From Squalus acanthias (taxonomy: Eukaryota): a stretch of 64,000 bases of DNA. Positions 62,143 through 64,000 of the stretch are shown here, one piece after another. Each line of letters starts with the position of its first letter. Position 1 is the stretch's first letter. The notes below the pieces were generated by a model. That model did not search any database and was not told the DNA's origin. It saw only the letters and a program-made list of their open reading frames with translations. The DNA lies in the NCBI GenBank assembly GCA_030390025.1, contig CM059434.1:112406001-112470000 (forward strand), in the 5' to 3' direction. Position numbers and translations under genes: made by a program.

Positions 62143-63449
62143 ATTGTGTTCCATTCTGGGCACCACACTTTAGGAAGGACGTGAAAGCTTTGGAGAGGGT
62201 ACAGAAGAGATTCACGAGAATGGTTCCAGGGATGAGGGATTACAGTTACATGGATAGACTGGAGAAGCTGGGGTTGTTCTCCTTGGAGCAGAGAAGGCTA
62301 AGAGGAGATTTGATAGAGCTGTTTAAAATCATGAAGAGTTTAGATAGAGTAAATAAAGAGAAACAGTTTCCAATGGCTGAAGGGTCGATAACCAAAGGGC
62401 ACAGATTTAAGGTGATTGGCAAAAGAACCAGAGGCGACAGGAGGAAAAACTTTTTTACGCAACGAGTGGTTAGGATTTGGAATGCACTGCCTGACAGGTT
62501 GGTGGATACAGATTCAATAGCAGCCTTCAAAAGGGAATTGGATAAATACTTGAAGGAGAAAAAATTGCAGGGATATGGGGGCGTGGGATTGTTCTTCGAA
62601 AGAGCTGCCGCAAACTCAATGGGTCAAATGGCCTCCTTCTGAGCTGTACTATTCCATGATTCTAATGTTGTGTCGAATTTTTGGTGGACTGGACAAATGT
62701 CGGGTATGGGAAACTTGTCCAAAGGGTCCATACATGAACACTTTCCTATCCTGGCTGATTAGCCCGGGATCACCGATACCGACTGTAATACTCCAAATTT
62801 GCTGGATGGATGCTCCTGGGTTAGGAAGTAAGTCAGCACAGACCAGGGACTAAACCAAGCAGGATGAAAGTATGGACCACTCATTCTACACCACGCGGTA
62901 CATCTAATCACTAAGCTATTAGCGTTTTTTTGATTAGCTTGGTTAATCTTTCTTTATATTTCCAAACCTATAGAACGTTTTTTTCTAAAAACAGTGAAGT
63001 AAATTACAAAGTAACCAAAATGTGACATTTTTCTAAAAATATGAAGAAAATTCATACTGCCATGTCCACATTTGACATTCAGTGTGCCTAGTAATGGAAT
63101 TATGTAATGGATTAATGCACTTGAAAATATTAATACTGCAATTATCCAATCACTATCATGTCAGCGTGAAGTGATTTTGGATTTCGAAGTGAGTCACGAA
63201 TACGGCGCAGCCAGTGGGTTAGAGGCTTGGCCTCTCCAGTCGGGTGCCTCACAATCTGTGGGCTTCACAGCAGGTGTAATGCAACTCCAACCTGGTGCAC
63301 AACTACATTTAACAGGGGAAAAAAAACACTGCACCATGGAGCTTTAATGTTGGAGAAGCAACCTGAACTCATCGATAAAACATTAAAAATTAACCACCTG
63401 GGACAGCAGCATAACTGTCACTGTATTGCACGATATAGATAGTGGTTTC

Positions 63450-64000
63450 ACATAGAAACATAGAAGATAGGAGCAGGAGTAGGCCATCCGGCCCCTCGAG
63501 CCTGCTCCGCCATTCAATGTGATCATGGCTGATCATCCAAATTCAGTACCCTGTCCCTGCTTTCTCCCCATATCCCTTGATCCCTTTAGCCTTAAGAAAT
63601 AGATCTAACTCCTTCTTGAATGTATTTAATGAACTGGACTCAACTGTCTTCTGTGGTAGAGAATTCCACAGGTTCACCACTCTCTGGGTGAAGAAATTCC
63701 TCATCTCGGTCCTAAATGGCTTACCCCTTATCCTTAGACTGACACCTGGTTCTGGACTTGCCCGCCATCAGGAACATCCTTCCTGCATCTAGTCTGTCTA
63801 GTCCTCTTAGAATTTTATAAGTTTCAATGAGATCCCCTCTCATTCTTCTAAACTCCAGCGAATACAAGCCCAATCGTCCCAATCTCTCTTCATACATCAT
63901 TCCTGCCATCCCAGGTATCAGTCTGGTGAATCTTCGCTGCACTCCCTCCATGGCAAGAACATCCTTCCTCAGATAAGGCAACCAAAACTGCACACAATAC
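63450..64000 (-). mobile_element. CR1 (HER1-like) LINE 3' end, running off the window
   Basis: VQFWLPYLRKDVLAMEGVQRRFTRLIPG..LIETYKIL; tail catagaaacatagaagataggagcaggagtaggcc. Confidence 0.93.

Larger units (their letters stand above)
60860..62665 (+). mobile_element. CR1 LINE 3' portion with two nested insertions
   Basis: EWADTWQMKLNAEKCEVIHFG..LGFINRG [PLE] IEYKSQEVMLNLYKTLVQPQLEY [MITE] CVPFWAPHFRKDVKALERVQKRFT. Confidence 0.93.

Overview
Vertebrate genomic DNA, almost certainly from a cartilaginous fish (shark). The evidence is HER1-type CR1 LINEs, SacSINE1-like DeuSINEs and shark-type L2, RTE and Penelope families. No prokaryotic-style genes, rRNA, true tRNA genes or CRISPR arrays are present, and I recognise no known protein-coding gene. 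The window looks like intronic or intergenic sequence densely filled with nested transposable elements. These include many 5'-truncated CR1 copies, L2, an RTE, CR1-Zenon-like LINEs, several SINE families (one LF-SINE-like), PIF/Harbinger elements (one with a Myb/SANT remnant), Tc1/mariner-type MITEs and a hAT MITE. The most striking structure is a set of five Penelope-like (Neptune-type) insertions from two families, each with a 12-14 bp target-site duplication (TSD). Four are fold-back elements (one with only a ~14-bp inverted arm) whose inverted arm starts about 30-41 nt from the 3' end. All five carry minimal hammerhead-ribozyme motifs with covarying stems, and one 90-bp insertion is little more than the ribozyme. 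Three in-phase minus-strand candidate exons of an unrecognised Cys-rich product and several homeodomain-site-rich, CNE-like unique segments are reported with low confidence. All family assignments are from recalled consensus features, not database searches. Boundaries of degenerate copies are approximate.
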